64,000 bases of DNA, taken from positions 48,794,001-48,858,000 of the forward strand of contig NC_082710.1 in the NCBI RefSeq assembly GCF_030144855.1, read 5' to 3'. Positions 13,324-26,060 of this stretch are shown here, piece by piece. This stretch comes from Hypanus sabinus. Taxonomy: Eukaryota. Position 1 is the stretch's first letter. Every line of letters starts with the position of its first letter. The notes under the pieces were generated by a model. The model was not told where the DNA came from and searched no databases. It saw nothing but the letters and a program-made list of their open reading frames with translations. Position numbers and translations under genes: made by a program.

Positions 13324-14050
13324 CAGTGGATTCCAGTTAATTGGGACACATCGGAACCAGTACATTTTGACCGCATTAAGTGATTGCCCATTTAGCTGAA
13401 GATTCATGGAAATGTTTTTTTAAAAAAGGTTTTCATAAGGACAAACTACCATTTAACTGAGTAACAAATTATGTTTCTAAATAAAATACAGAACAATTTA
13501 GAACATTACCAAATCTACTGGTGGTTGTCATTCAAACCGGACAGGAAACCTGCGCAGGAGAGCTTTTAAAGTGGAAAAGTCGTTGCACTGGGACAGTTAC
13601 ATTCCTGTAACCTGAGATCTGGGTCCAGTACTACAAGTAGATGTCACAACTGGGGTCCTCCTTGGTTGGAGTCAATGAGAAGGACTTCTGTGCCTAGTCA
13701 TGCCCTTCGCTCTCCATGGAGCGCTGCAGAACCGCCTTTGATCTCAATGTAGATATCATCCGCCCAGTCCATTGGAGCTGACTTCACATGCTTTGCCCGT
13801 CTGTGGAAGTGGTGTTTCGGGATTATGGCCACTGTCGCATGCAAACAACTACCTGGAGCAACAGTTGAGGACCGAGTGTCCGGTGGGAACTAAAGATAAC
13901 ATTCAAGATGATTGCCAGTACCTTCAAATTATCCATAGTTTCAAACCTGAAGAAGTGGAATAGTTTCATTTTCACTCCCAGCTATTTCTGGCTTTTCCAA
14001 GTGTGAATGCTTGAAACCAGTGAGCAAAGCAGTTCTGAATTGAATTACTG
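13324..14050 (-). mobile_element. pogo/Tigger transposon end, interrupted by a retroposon
   Basis: TA|CAGTGGATTCCAGTTAATTGGG terminus at 13324. Minus-strand IQNCFAH.GFK (~14000-14045) matches a pogo transposase C-terminal motif. Confidence 0.65.
13519..13897 (-). mobile_element. ORF-less retroposon (RTE 5' UTR-like), 5'-truncated copy
   Basis: Reverse-complement homologue of ~45510-45935 with the same 3' end. Confidence 0.7.
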
Positions 14051-14204
14051 CAAGGAATATGGAATGGCAGAGCAGGCTCAGCAGGCCTCATGGCCTAGCC
14101 CTGCTCGTCTACTTAAATTCTCAGGTTCACAAAGTCAAATTGTATAGCCAGAGTTGTGAAGCAGTGCTTCAACACAATGATTTATAATTTTCTTAAATGT
14201 CATT

Positions 14205-15260
14205 CTATAACATAATAAGACATAGGATCAAGATTAAGCCAGTCAACCCATTCAGTCTGCTCCACCATTCCACTATAGTTGATTTTTATCCCTCTTAACC
14301 CCATTCTCCTGCATTCTCTCTGTAACCTTTGATGTCCTGACTAATCAAAAACCTATTAACCTCTACTTCAAATATACGAAGTGCTGTGGCCTTCACAGCC
14401 GTCTGCAGCAATGAAATCACCACCCTCTGGTTAAAGAAATTCTTTGTCATCTGTTCTGGATGGACATCCTTCTATTCTGAGGCTGAGGTGTCCAATAATT
14501 CCTCACTATAGGAAACATCCTCTCCACGTCCACTCTATCTTGAACTTTTTTTATATGTCTCATTGAGACCCCTACCCACTCTTCTAAACTCCAGCAAGTA
14601 CAGGTCCGGAGCCATCAAGCGCTCCTATGTTAACCCTTTCATTCCTGGAATTATTCTCATGAATCTCCTCTGGACCCTCACCAAAGCCAGCACATCTTTT
14701 CTCAGATAAACTGCTTACAATACTGCTTACAATAATGCAGTCTAACCAATGCCTTATAAAGGCTCAGCATCACATCCTTACTTTTATATTCTCATCCTCG
14801 CAAATTAACTGTTAACTTTCTAATTGCCTTTTTTTGCCACTGACTCAACCTGCAAGTAAACCTCTAGGGATTCCTGCAAGAGGACTCCCAAGTCCCTTTG
14901 CACCTCTGGTTTTAAAAAAATGTTTCCCCCCATTTACAAAATAGTCTGCACATTTATTCCTTCTCCCAAAGTGCATGGACACTTCCCTACACTATATTCC
15001 ATCTAACACATTTTTTTGCCATTTCTCCTAATCTAAGCCCTTCTGCAGACTTACTGCTTCCTCAACCCTATCCACCCCTCCACCTATCCTGGTATTGGCT
15101 GCAAACTTGGTCACAAAGCCATTCATTCCATTGTTCAAATCATTAACACAGAACTTGAAAAGAAGCAATCCCCACACTGACACCTGAAGAACACCAATAG
15201 TCACCAGCAGTTTACCAGAAAGGCCCTCTTTATTCCCACTATTTGCCTCCAGCCAGTCAA
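14205..15260 (-). mobile_element. CR1 LINE 3' region (RT to 3' UTR)
   Basis: 3' UTR repeat CATAATAAGACATAGG; minus-strand RT remnants LFINDLN, KFAANT and RVQRRFMRIIPGMKG. Confidence 0.8.
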
Positions 15261-15264
15261 TCTT

Positions 15265-15485
15265 GCCCTATGAGATTCCTTCCTCTCCAGCTCTTTGCCT
15301 TTCCAACCTCTCCTAGCTTCACCTATCACCTTCTAGCTCCCATACTCCCACCGTTTTTATTCTGTCATCTTTTCCCTCCTTCATTTCCAGTCCTGACGAA
15401 GGTCTTCTGCCCAAAACGCTGACTGTTTATTCATTTCTACAGGCGCTGCCTGACCCGCTGAGCTCCTCCAGCATTTTATGCATGG
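15265..15485 (+). mobile_element. Penelope terminal-repeat fragment with mutated hammerhead motif
   Basis: CT-rich tract, then CAGTCCTGACGAAGG...CCAAAACGCTGACTG and GCTGCCTGACCCGCTGAGCTCCTCCAGCATTT; homologous to 38100-38415. Confidence 0.75.
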
Positions 15486-18020
15486 AGGATCCAATCTTCT
15501 ATTGCATACCCCCTTGTTGTTCCATATTTTAACAGAAAGCTTTTCATTTCATATAATAAAGACACCTTGTCCTTAACTTTATTGAGAATTATTACCTGTT
15601 ATTACTACTTGATGTTGGACTCAATTGGAGATGGTAGGCAATTTCTGTTCCTTCAAGGGCATCATTGGACCAATAAGAAGTTATATTTCTGCTAGTAATG
15701 ATTGACCAGGTTGTTGAATTTGGTTTCACAACATGGCAGTGCGACTTTAATTCACAACTTCATAGTTGCTTGCGTATTACATAGCTCTCTGCTTCCACTA
15801 TTAAACAGCAAAGTTACTTTCCAATCATCTACTTGAAGGTTGTTGATTAGTAATTGTTTAACATCAACACATGAATACTGTACACGTCTGGTCTGAGTTC
15901 TGGTGGCTAAATCCACTGCACACAGAGGAGGAACATTGTTTGTTCAATTCTTAATTTTTGAAGTCACTAATTAGTTGCAGCACCTCTCGAGTAAGGAAAG
16001 GAAATTTAAGTCAAGCTTCCTGTTCAGTCGCTGTGGATAGTTTACTCATAACGAGAGCATTGTGTGTCCCACATCAGCTGAACATAGCTTTTCACACATG
16101 AGCCAATAGAAGATCAAGCCAAAAAATAGCCAAGCCCTTCTATTGGCTTTCCAATGAAATAAGGAGACAAGAGTGCATAGAGGTCAATTTTCAAGAGAGA
16201 GCTCCTGTAAAAACAAATGCTAAAACATTTGAACAAGTAATGCTGACAGCAGCAAGCAGGACTGGACATGGCATGTGTAACAGTTTCACCCACCACCTGA
16301 GATTGTGTGGTAAATTAAGAGTTATTGGGTACCTTGTGGTCCACTTGACAAAAAAAATTGCATTTTCCTCCTCAATAACCATTCCAATGAAGAATTCTCA
16401 CTGTGTAAACAAGTGACTGCAAATCAAATTATTTTAAATGTAAAATTATGTACTAAAACAAAGGGTAAAGATAGGATGTTGGAATACACTGAGATGGAAA
16501 ATATTTAAGAATTTTTGTTATAGTATCCAAAAATTAAATCTAAAAACCTAAACAAATGTCCATATTTGCACAAGTATTTTGATACTGATAGCAGTTAATG
16601 TTTACCTGTAATTAAAATTTTATTCAGACTTCAATGGGCATCCAGTTTCTGGTGTATCCTGCAGTAACATCAAATTCATGTTCTTCACATGTTTGAATAC
16701 CAATTAGCAGTGCACCAAAACTCGTGGAAGAGAAAATATTTTTGAATGCCTGCACACACACAGTTGGATTTGCTACTGGATATGGCCAATTACAGAGTAA
16801 AATGTCTTACTGCTGTTCCTACAACAAAATGCAAACGTCTATGTATTCAGTGAGCCATGCTGTTCTGCTGCATCATGGGGTGCTGTAACCTGTATAAAGA
16901 AGTCACTTTTTTTTCCTTGAAGGAGGGAAGCTTGGATTACAGGACTACAGACTTCTGAATAGCTTGTTCTAAAAGTTGAGTTTAAAATAGCAATGCACTT
17001 CCCAACCCCTGAAACCACCTCTGCATCAAGAAATTTACCTTAAATCTTTAAATGAAATTAAGAACACAAAGGTTTTTAGTTTTCTTTTTGTGGTAGTTGA
17101 ATGATGTGTACAATGAATGCCTTGTGCTTTGCATTAGTGAGCAATGACATTTAAACATTCCATTTTCTGTGTGGCTGCTCATTTCCAAGAGTCATTTGTG
17201 CAATGAGAGTGTGAAGATCCCTCTTAAAAAATAACTGGAAGCATGCACATGGAATGACTATATGATACAATTTGTGCAAAGCTGATATAAAATTGTATTG
17301 TTGGGATTTAAGATAGAGTTCTGCAGTGGTATAATTTATGAGTTTTCAGGTCATTAATTACTTCATTCCAAAAGCGTTTCATTAACATTTAATGTATTGA
17401 ACATGTTTATACACTGAATAATATCCTTGCTGTATGCAAGTGATCGCCAGATTACAAGTAGCACAGAAACTGGCTCTTAGGTCAATCTAGTCCATGGTAA
17501 ATGATTATTCTGCCTAGTCCCATTGACCTGCACCTAGTAGACCATCGCTCTCCATATCCCTCCCATCCATCTACTTATCCAAATTTCTCTTAAAAGTTTA
17601 AACTGAAGCTGCAACTACCACTTCTGCTTGCAGCTTATTCCATACTCTCATCACCCTCTGAATTGAAGTTGTTTCTTACGCTTTCCTTAAACAATTCACT
17701 TTTCACCCCCAAACCATGACCTCCTGTTCTAGTCTCATCCAAATTCAGTGGGAATTCACCCCTCATAATTTTGTATACCTCTATCAAATCTCCACCCAGC
17801 CTCCTGTGCTCCAGTGAATAAAGTCATGACTTATTCCAGCCATTCCCTACAAATCTGGTCAAGTCCCAGTAATTTCCTTGTAAATTTTCTCTGCACTCTT
17901 TTAATCTTATCGATAACTTTTCTGTAAGCAGGTGATCAGAACTGCACACAATATTCCAAATTAGGCCTCACTAGCGTCTTATACAACTTCAACATACCAT
18001 CCCAACTCTTTTACTCAGTA

Positions 18021-18801
18021 CATTCGGCCCTTCTTATCCAGGGATTCCACATACACGGATTCAACCAACCGCGGATCGGGAAAACCCGGAAGTTCTCTCT
18101 CCAGCACTCGNNNNNNNNNNNNNNNNNNNNNNNNNNNNNNNNNNNNNNNNNNNNNNNNNNNNNNNNNNNNNNNNNNNNNNNNNNNNNNNNNNNNNNNNNN
18201 NNNNNNNNNNNNNNNNNNNNNNNNNNNNNNNNNNNNNNNNNNGGTTTGAACGAGTACCGTTCCCGAGTCCATCTTTAAGTTGGATTTGAAGTTGGAACAG
18301 GTACATCCGGTATCATTTAGCATCAGTTACATTTGTCTTAGTGTATAGTACATATATTACCTTTCTATGAATATGAAACACTTAAGAAACATATGTATTT
18401 CAATAATTAAACCACTGCATTGCTTAGTAATAATTGTAGCTTTCATCGGGGCAGGGCCTTTCACATGCTCCATTAAAATTGTTCCGATCATTGACCGACT
18501 GTAGCCCAATGCTTTTCCAAAGACCGACAGCATTTCACTTCTTTCTGATTGCTTTATTACTTCCTTTATTTTCCAATCGCGATTGTCCTTATTTTCATGA
18601 ACATAAACACCGCAGATTCAGAGCTGCGCCACCAGGTCCTAATGTCCACCGCACTGAGACAGGTTAAATAAGGTCCGGGGTTCCGCTGGGTCCTAAAGAC
18701 CACCACACTGAGACAATTAAATAAGGGACTTGAGCATCTGTGTTCTTGGTATCCGCGGGGGGTCCAGGAACCAATCCCCCACGGATAGGGAGGGCCGACT
18801 G
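18021..18801. mobile_element. Non-autonomous Tigger3/MER2-like (pogo) DNA transposon with TA TSD; contains an assembly gap
   Basis: TA|CATTCGGCCCTTCTTATCC ... GGATAGGGAGGGCCGACTG|TA inverted termini. The subterminal GGGGGATTGGTTCCTGGACCCCC and GGATTCAACCAACCGCGGATCG resemble MER2/Tigger3. Confidence 0.85.
18111..18242. other. Assembly gap (N run)
   Basis: Run of N. Confidence 1.
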
Positions 18802-20859
18802 TATTCTAAAAGCTCTCTTAACAACCCTATCACCTGTGACGTTACTTACAAGGAATTATGGACCTGTGTTCTCAGATCTTTCTGTTCTACTACACACCTC
18901 AGTGCCCCATTGCTCACCACGCAAGTCTTACCCTGGGTTATCCCCCCAAGTGCAGTACTCATCTACATTAAATTCCATCTCTGCTCTAGATCCCACTGCA
19001 AGCATTGATAGTCTTCCTCACTGTCCACTACGCCCCCCATCCTGGTGTCATCCACACATGTGCTGATCCAGTTTACACTGCCATCCATATCAACAATCTG
19101 GATGATAAACAACAATGGGCCCAGCACCAATCCCTGTGTCCTACCAATATTCACAAGCACCCATCTACTACCCCTCTCTGGTTTCTCCTACAAAACCAAC
19201 ATCTAATCCAATTTACTACCTCATCATGAATACCAAGTGACTGAACCTTCTTGACCAGCCCTTGCTAATGTCCATGCCTTTCCTTCAAATTTCCTCCAAA
19301 AACTTCATAAGATTAGTTAGATATGAAATACTGCACATGAAGCCATGTTGACCATCCCTAATGAGTACCTATCCAAATATCTGGTCCCTTAGAATACCTT
19401 CCAGTAACTTACCCATGACTGATGTCAGCCTCACCAGGCAATAATTTCCAGGCCTATTCCTAGAGCCTTTCTTAAACAACGGAACAACATTACCTATCCT
19501 CCAATCAGCTGGCACCTCACCCATGGTGAAGGATATGCAAGGTGATGCAGGATGTGTGATATTTAATGTATTTTTTTTAAGCATTATCCAACTCATCACA
19601 GATCAAGGTTAAAGTTTTGAAGCTACAATGTGCAATAAAACTAAATCTTTTGAAGGTTTTTTTTGCCATTGTCCTTCCTGAACTTGCTCCATCAGCCAAC
19701 CCTCTTGCTGATCAGAAATACTATTCATGGATAAGCAGCAAGTCAAATGTACAAGCTCCTTTAGTTGGACCTTGAAGATCAGGTGGCACTACTGAAGGAT
19801 AGGGAGATGACCGACTTTCACCGCAATTTTTTTTGTCAGATGATTAGATGGGTAGATAGAAGGATTCCTTTCATTATTTTTGTGAACATCCTAAAGTATT
19901 TGTATAAGACCCTCAAAGGGATTGTTCACTGAAGCTGCAGCTTAAATGAAGGCAATTTGATGTCAGAACAGCAGGCTACTGAGTACATGAATACTAGGCA
20001 GATACCTCAACTGGCAGCTTGTAATCAGTTGACTCGAAAAGGGACGTGTACCAGAGATTCCAACTATTTGCCTTGTTTATGAAAAACTTTTATACCTTGG
20101 CTTGGAACACCAAATACTTATCAGTCATCTTTATCTTAAAATTTTGTAAGTAGAGAAGATGAAAACATTAAATTATTGAACATCTATAAACAGACAAGGA
20201 TAAATTATAGCAAATGAGTATCTCATCACTATAGGCAGATTTGAGATCATTGAATTTAGACTGAAAGTTAAATTTCTGAACAATAAACTGGAGGCTGCTG
20301 AGAACAAAGTACACTGTTAAATATCACAAGTGATATAAAAACAAACAGGCAGATTTAAGAATGTTAGAGAAAGAGAGAGAGATAAATGATTAACAGTTGA
20401 AAGCCCAAGAAGTGAACAGTTCTGGGCACCACAACTTTGGAAGAATACTGTCTGTGGAGTGAAAGCAGCCAGGGCAGATTGCAGAGATAATGCTGCATTT
20501 TATGGAATTTAGAAGGCCAAAGAATAAACTGATTGCTTTTCATACAGAAACAATTTCTGTTCCCTGGAAAGAACATGACTAAATCTTAAAATTGGGATTA
20601 GTTTTTTTTGAAAGAAGAGAATAGTCTTCTCCACCTGAAAGGGAAGGGAAGTTTGTAATTCCTCCGGCAAACTGTTGACATAATATAAACTTTTAAAATC
20701 AGCCATTCTAGGATTTCAATTATAGTTGGCATGACCAGACCTGTACACAAAATTCCAGGTAAAAACTCACTAGGAGCCCAACTACAATATGATGTCTTTA
20801 CTGCAAGCAGACTTGGACACAAAAGTGAATGCATCCCAATTGTTTGCCGTACTTGCACA

Positions 20860-22035
20860 TCAGAATCAGGCTCAGTATCACCAGCACATGTCGTGAAATT
20901 TGTTGTTAAGCAGCAGCAGTATACACTGCAGTAATATAAAAACTAAATTACAGAGAGTTTATCAATTGAAGTTAAATTGAATATGTAAAAAGAGAAAGAA
21001 GTAGTGAGGTAGTTTTCATGGATTCAATGTACATTCAGAAATCCAATGACAGAGGGAAAGAAGCCGTTCCTGAATCATTGAGTGTGACCTTCAGGCTCCT
21101 GTAACTCCTCCCTGATGGTAGCAACGAGAAGAGGGCATGTCCTGGGTGATGGGCGTCACCTTTTTTTAGGCATTGCTCATTGATGTCTTGGATACTGGGA
21201 GGGCAAGTGCCCATGATAGAGCTGAGCTTACAACTCTCTGCAACTTATTTCAATTCAGCGCAGTGACATACAAAATCTACTCAAACACCTAAAGAAATGT
21301 ACCTGCTGTTGTGCCTTCTTTGATATGCTGGGCCCATGATTGATGCTCAGAAATGATAACACCCAAGAATTAAAAATCACTCACTCTTTCCAATTCTAAT
21401 CCCTTGACATAGACTGACATGTGTTGCCTCGTCTTACACTTTCTGAAGTCTACAATCAATTCTTTGGTCCTACTGATGTTGAATGCAAAGTCATTGTGGC
21501 TACACCACTTAACCAGCTGATTTATCTTGCTCCAGTATGTCTTCTCATCACCCTCTGAAATTCTACCGATATTTGTGTCCACAGCAAATTTATAGATAAA
21601 ATTTGAGCTGTGCCTAGCCACACAGTCATGGTTGCAGGAAGAGAGTAGCACAGTGGGCTAAGCACACAATCTTGATTATCAGCAATGTGATGTCATTTCC
21701 ATTCCACTCAGACTGCGGTCTTCCAGTGAGGAAGTCGAGGCTTCACTTGCAGAGGGAGATCCACTGCAGTTAATATACAGCAGCCTGACACAAGTATTGG
21801 TATTGTCGAGGTGACCCAAGCTCCAGAAGAGCCATTAAGAGCATGCTCACTATAGACCTATTGTGGTGTTAGGCAAATTGCAGTGGTATGGGTCTTTGCT
21901 TAGACAGGAGTTCATTCTGGCCACAAATAACTTCTCAAAGAACCTCATCACAGTAGTTGTGAGTGCTACTGGATGATAGCCATTAAGGCAGCTCACCCTG
22001 CTCTTTTTGAGCACCACACTGATTGTTCCCCTTAA
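20860..22035 (-). mobile_element. Rex1/Babar LINE 3' part
   Basis: LNGYHPVALTTTVMRFFEKL and IYKFAVDT...NISRTKELIVDFRK (ORFs 21850..22044, 21370..21651); ATTCTG-type tail at ~20860. Confidence 0.8.
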
Positions 22036-22039
22036 ACTT

Positions 22040-24730
22040 TTCATCTTTCACACTTAACCCATGACCTTCAGTTGTACTCCTATCCAACCTTGGTGGAAAA
22101 AACCTGATTTCATTTCCCTATCTGTTCACCTCAATTCTGTACATCTCTATCAAATCTCCCCTCAATCTTAGAAACACAAAAACATAGAAAATCTACAGCA
22201 CAATACAGGCCCTTTGGCCCACAATGCTGTGCCGAACATGTCCTTACCTTAGAAATTATCTAAAGTTACCCATAGCTCTATATTTTTTCTAAGCTCCATG
22301 TACCTATCCAAGAGTCTCTTAAAAGACCCTATTGTATCTGCCTCCACCAACATTGCCGGCAGCCCATTCCATGCACTCACCACTCTCTGCAAAAAACTTA
22401 CTCCTGACATCTCCTCTGTACCTACTTCCAAGCACCTTAAAACTATGCCCTCTCGTGCTAGCCATTTCAGCCCTGAGAAAAAGCCTCTGACTAGCCACAC
22501 GATCAATGCCTCTCATCACCTTATACACTTCTATTAGGTCACTTCTCATCCTCTGCAAAAGGCAGAGTTCACTCAACCTATTCTCATAAGGCATGCTCCC
22601 CAATCCAGGCAACATCCTTGTGAATCTTCTCTGCATCTTTTCTATAGTTTCCACATCTTTCCTGTAGTGAAATGACCAGAACTGAGCACAATACTCCAAG
22701 TGGGGTCTGACCAGGGTCTTATATAGCTGTAACATTACCTCTTGGCTCCTGAACTTAATCCCACGGTTGATGAAGGCCAAAGTCTTCCATATGTTTTCTT
22801 AACCACAGAGTCAAGCTGTGCAGCAGCTTTGAGTGTCCTATGGACTTGAACCCCAAGATCCCTCTGATCCTCCACACTGCTAACAGTCTCAACATTAATA
22901 CAATATTCTGCCATCATATTTGACCTACCAAAATGAACCATCTCACACTTATCTGGGTTGAACACCATCTGCCACTTTTCTGCCCAGTTTTGCATCCTAT
23001 CAATGTCCCACTGTAACCTCTGACAGCCTTCCACACTCTCCACAACACCCCTAACCTTTTCGTCATCGGCAAATTTACTAACCCATCCCTCCACTTCCTC
23101 ATCCAGGTCATTTGTAAAAATCATGAAAAGAAGGAGTCCCAGAACAGATCCCGGAGGCACACCACTGGTCACCCACCTCCATGTAGAATATGACCCGTCT
23201 ACAACCACTCTTTGCCTTCTGTGGGCAAGCCAATTCTGGATCCACAGAGCAAGGTCCCCCTGGATCCCATGCCTCCTTACTTTCTCAATAAGCCTTGTAT
23301 GGTGTACCTTATCAAATGCCTTGCTAAGGTCCATATACACCACATCTACTGCTCTACCTTCAGCAATGTGTATAGTCACATCCTCAAAAATTCAGTCAGG
23401 TTCATAAGGCACGTCTGGCCCTTGACAAAGCCCTGTTGACTATTCCTAATCATATTATGCCTCTCTAAATGTTCATAAACCTTGCCTCTCAGGATCTTTT
23501 CCATCATCATCTACTTTCCAAGGAATGAAGTCCTAACCTATTCAATCTTTCCTTATAACTCAGGTCCTCCAGTTCCAGAAAAATCTTTGTAAATTTTCTC
23601 TGTACTCTTTCAACCTTGTTTACATCTTCCCTGTAGATAGGTGACCAAAACTGAACACAATAATCCAAGTTATGGCTCACCAATGTCTTATACAACTTCA
23701 ACATAACATCCCATCTCCTGTGTTCAATACTTTGATCTCGAATGCCAATGTGCCAAAAACTTTCTTTATGGCCCTATGTACCTGTGACACCATTTTTGAT
23801 GAATTATGGACCAGTATTCTCAGATCCCTTTGTTCTACCACACTCCTCAGTGCCATACCGTTCACTGTGTAAGACCTACCTTTGTTGGCCCTGATGAAGT
23901 GCAACGCCTCGTACTTATCTGTATTATATTCCACCTGCCATTTTTCCAGCCGATTTTTCCCCAGTTGGTTCTGATTCCATTGGCAGACTCCAATAGTTTT
24001 CCTTGCTATCCACTACACCCCACTGTCTTGGTGTCCTACTGACCCAGTTTATCATGTTATCATCCAGATCATTGATATAGATGGCAAGCAACAACAGACC
24101 CAGCAACACTCCACTAGTCAGAGGTGCAACCATCTCCTACCACACTCTGGCTTCTCCCAATAAGCCAACAAGTAATCCAATTTACTACCTCATCCTGAAT
24201 GTCAAGTGACTGAATCTTCTTGACCAGCTTCCCATGCGTGACTTTGCCAAATGCCTTAAAGTCCATGTTGACAACATCCACTGCCTTGCGTTCAATTTTT
24301 CTGGTAACTTCCTTGAAAAACTATATTGTTTGGACACAGCATACCACAGATAAAGCAATGCAGACTATCCCTAATCAGTCCATGTCCATCATATACTCAT
24401 ATATTCCGTCCCTTAGAATACCCACTATGGATGTCAGGATCACCAGCCTATACTCTCCCAGTTTAATTTAAAACCTTTCTTAAACTGCGGAGCAAAATTA
24501 GCTACTCTCCAAATCCTTCGGTACCTCACCTGTCGCTAAGGATGTTTTAAATATCTCTGCTAGGGCCCCTGCAATTGCTGCACTAGCCTCCCACTGGGTC
24601 CAAGGGAACACTCTGTCAGGCCCTGGGGATGTATTCACCCAGTTTGCCTCAAGACAGCAAACACCCCCTCCTCCTCTGTAAACAGTATGGGGTCCATGAC
24701 CTCAGCGCTGCTTTGCCTCACTTTGAAAGA
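22040..24730 (-). mobile_element. Older host CR1 (22040-22169 plus 23506-24730)
   Basis: LDYCVQFWSP and YINDLDD motifs; sequence is colinear across the nested insert. Confidence 0.8.
22170..23505 (-). mobile_element. Younger CR1 (RT to 3' end) nested in an older CR1
   Basis: 214-aa ORF with VDVVYMDLSKAFDKV, GVPPGSVLG and KFADD, plus the 153-aa ORF LVRPHLEYCAQFWS...TRGHSFK; TTCTA tail at 22170. Confidence 0.92.
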
Positions 24731-24947
24731 CTATGCCCCTGGAGAAACAACAGAATTTTTGAAGTTGACAGCCAAGGTCATAGCTAGCTTTGCTACTATT
24801 TCCTTCACCTCTAATGACAAACCTGATCTTCTCCACCAGTTGAAGGCTTTTGATGTCTAGTGTAAAGAAAGACAAGAATGTACTTCAGGGATCTTAGGCC
24901 TTAGAAAAGTAACGGGAGAGTTGCTAGAATGGTAACAACAGAACGCA

Positions 24948-25260
24948 ATGGTGGTGCAATCCGTAGAGTTGCTACCTCACAGTTCCAGGGACCTGGGTTG
25001 GATTCTGATCACTGGTGTTGTCTGTGTGCATCTGCACATTCTCCCTGAAACTGTTTGGTTTCCTCCAAGTGCTCAAATTTCATCCCACATCCCAAAGACG
25101 TGTGGATTCAAGGGCTAATTTGGTGGCTGCAAGTACATAAGGGAGAGGTAGAATCTTTGGAGAGCGGATAGGAATGTGGGGAGAAGATTCAGTTAAATGA
25201 TGGCTTGATGGTTGACATGGACTTGGTGAGTTGAAGAGCCTATTTCTATACCATAGAACT
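24948..25260 (+). mobile_element. tRNA-derived V-SINE/HE1-like SINE, near full length
   Basis: A-box-like TGGTGCAATCCGTAG and B-box-like GGTTGGATTCT, V-core GCACATTCTCCC...CCCACATCCCAAAGACGTG, and a CR1-like tail. Confidence 0.75.
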
Positions 25261-26060
25261 ACAAATCAGGATAGGCTGATCTTCCAACCCTTTAAGTCTG
25301 CTCTCCATCCATAAGCATCTTGGCTGATCTCCCAACTGTGCATCATTTTCCAGCACAATCTACAGTTCTTTATTCCTTCAATGTCCAGAGATCTAATGAT
25401 TTGTTTTTAATGAAAACTACCAACCCTCCACAGCATTCCAAGGTAGACAAGTCTATCAGTTCTCCACATCCCAGTCCTACAGAGCCTGCCCTTTATTCTG
25501 CACTGTGCTCCTAGTCATAGAATCTTCAACCAATGTAAACATCCACCTGCATTCTAGCCGCACCCTCATTTTGTAAGTTGTGATGAGATTCTCCCTTCAT
25601 TCAACTAAACTCTGTGAATAAACTCCCATAAAATTATTCTCCCCTCACATGGAAAACTACCATTCCTTGACACAGTCTAATGAATGCACTCCAAGGAAAA
25701 TGCTTCCTTTCTTGGGCAAGGAAATAACATTACCCACAATACTCCAGGTGCAATCTCCAAAACCTCATGCAACTTTAATAAGACTACCATATAATTATAT
25801 TTCAATCTTCTCAAAGTATACTAACATACTAGTTTCTCTTACATTCGCCTCACTGACCATGGACATGAAGTCACTTTGAACGTCAACACTACCCAATCTC
25901 TCACCATTTAAAAAATTAGTCTGTCTTTTCTATAATGTGCACTAAAGTGGAGATCATGTTTTTCCACATTATATTCTCTCTGCCAAATCTTTGCCCACCA
26001 TATCAACTTCTCTATAACTTCTTGAAGCCCATTTGGTATGTTTAATCCCTCTTAGAACTA
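25260..26060 (-). mobile_element. Highly decayed CR1 3' region
   Basis: Degenerate CR1 3' UTR and LHLEYCG remnants. Confidence 0.5.

Larger units (their letters stand above)
17455..19535 (-). mobile_element. CR1 LINE interrupted by a Tigger element
   Basis: VPADWRIGNVVPLFKKGSRNRPGNY (19369..19599), QGLVLGPLLF (18963..19160), and 3' UTR at ~17455. Confidence 0.85.

Noticed and set aside
24948-25020. tRNA-like sequence
   Set aside because: It is the SINE head; no cloverleaf, and it continues into the V-SINE core.
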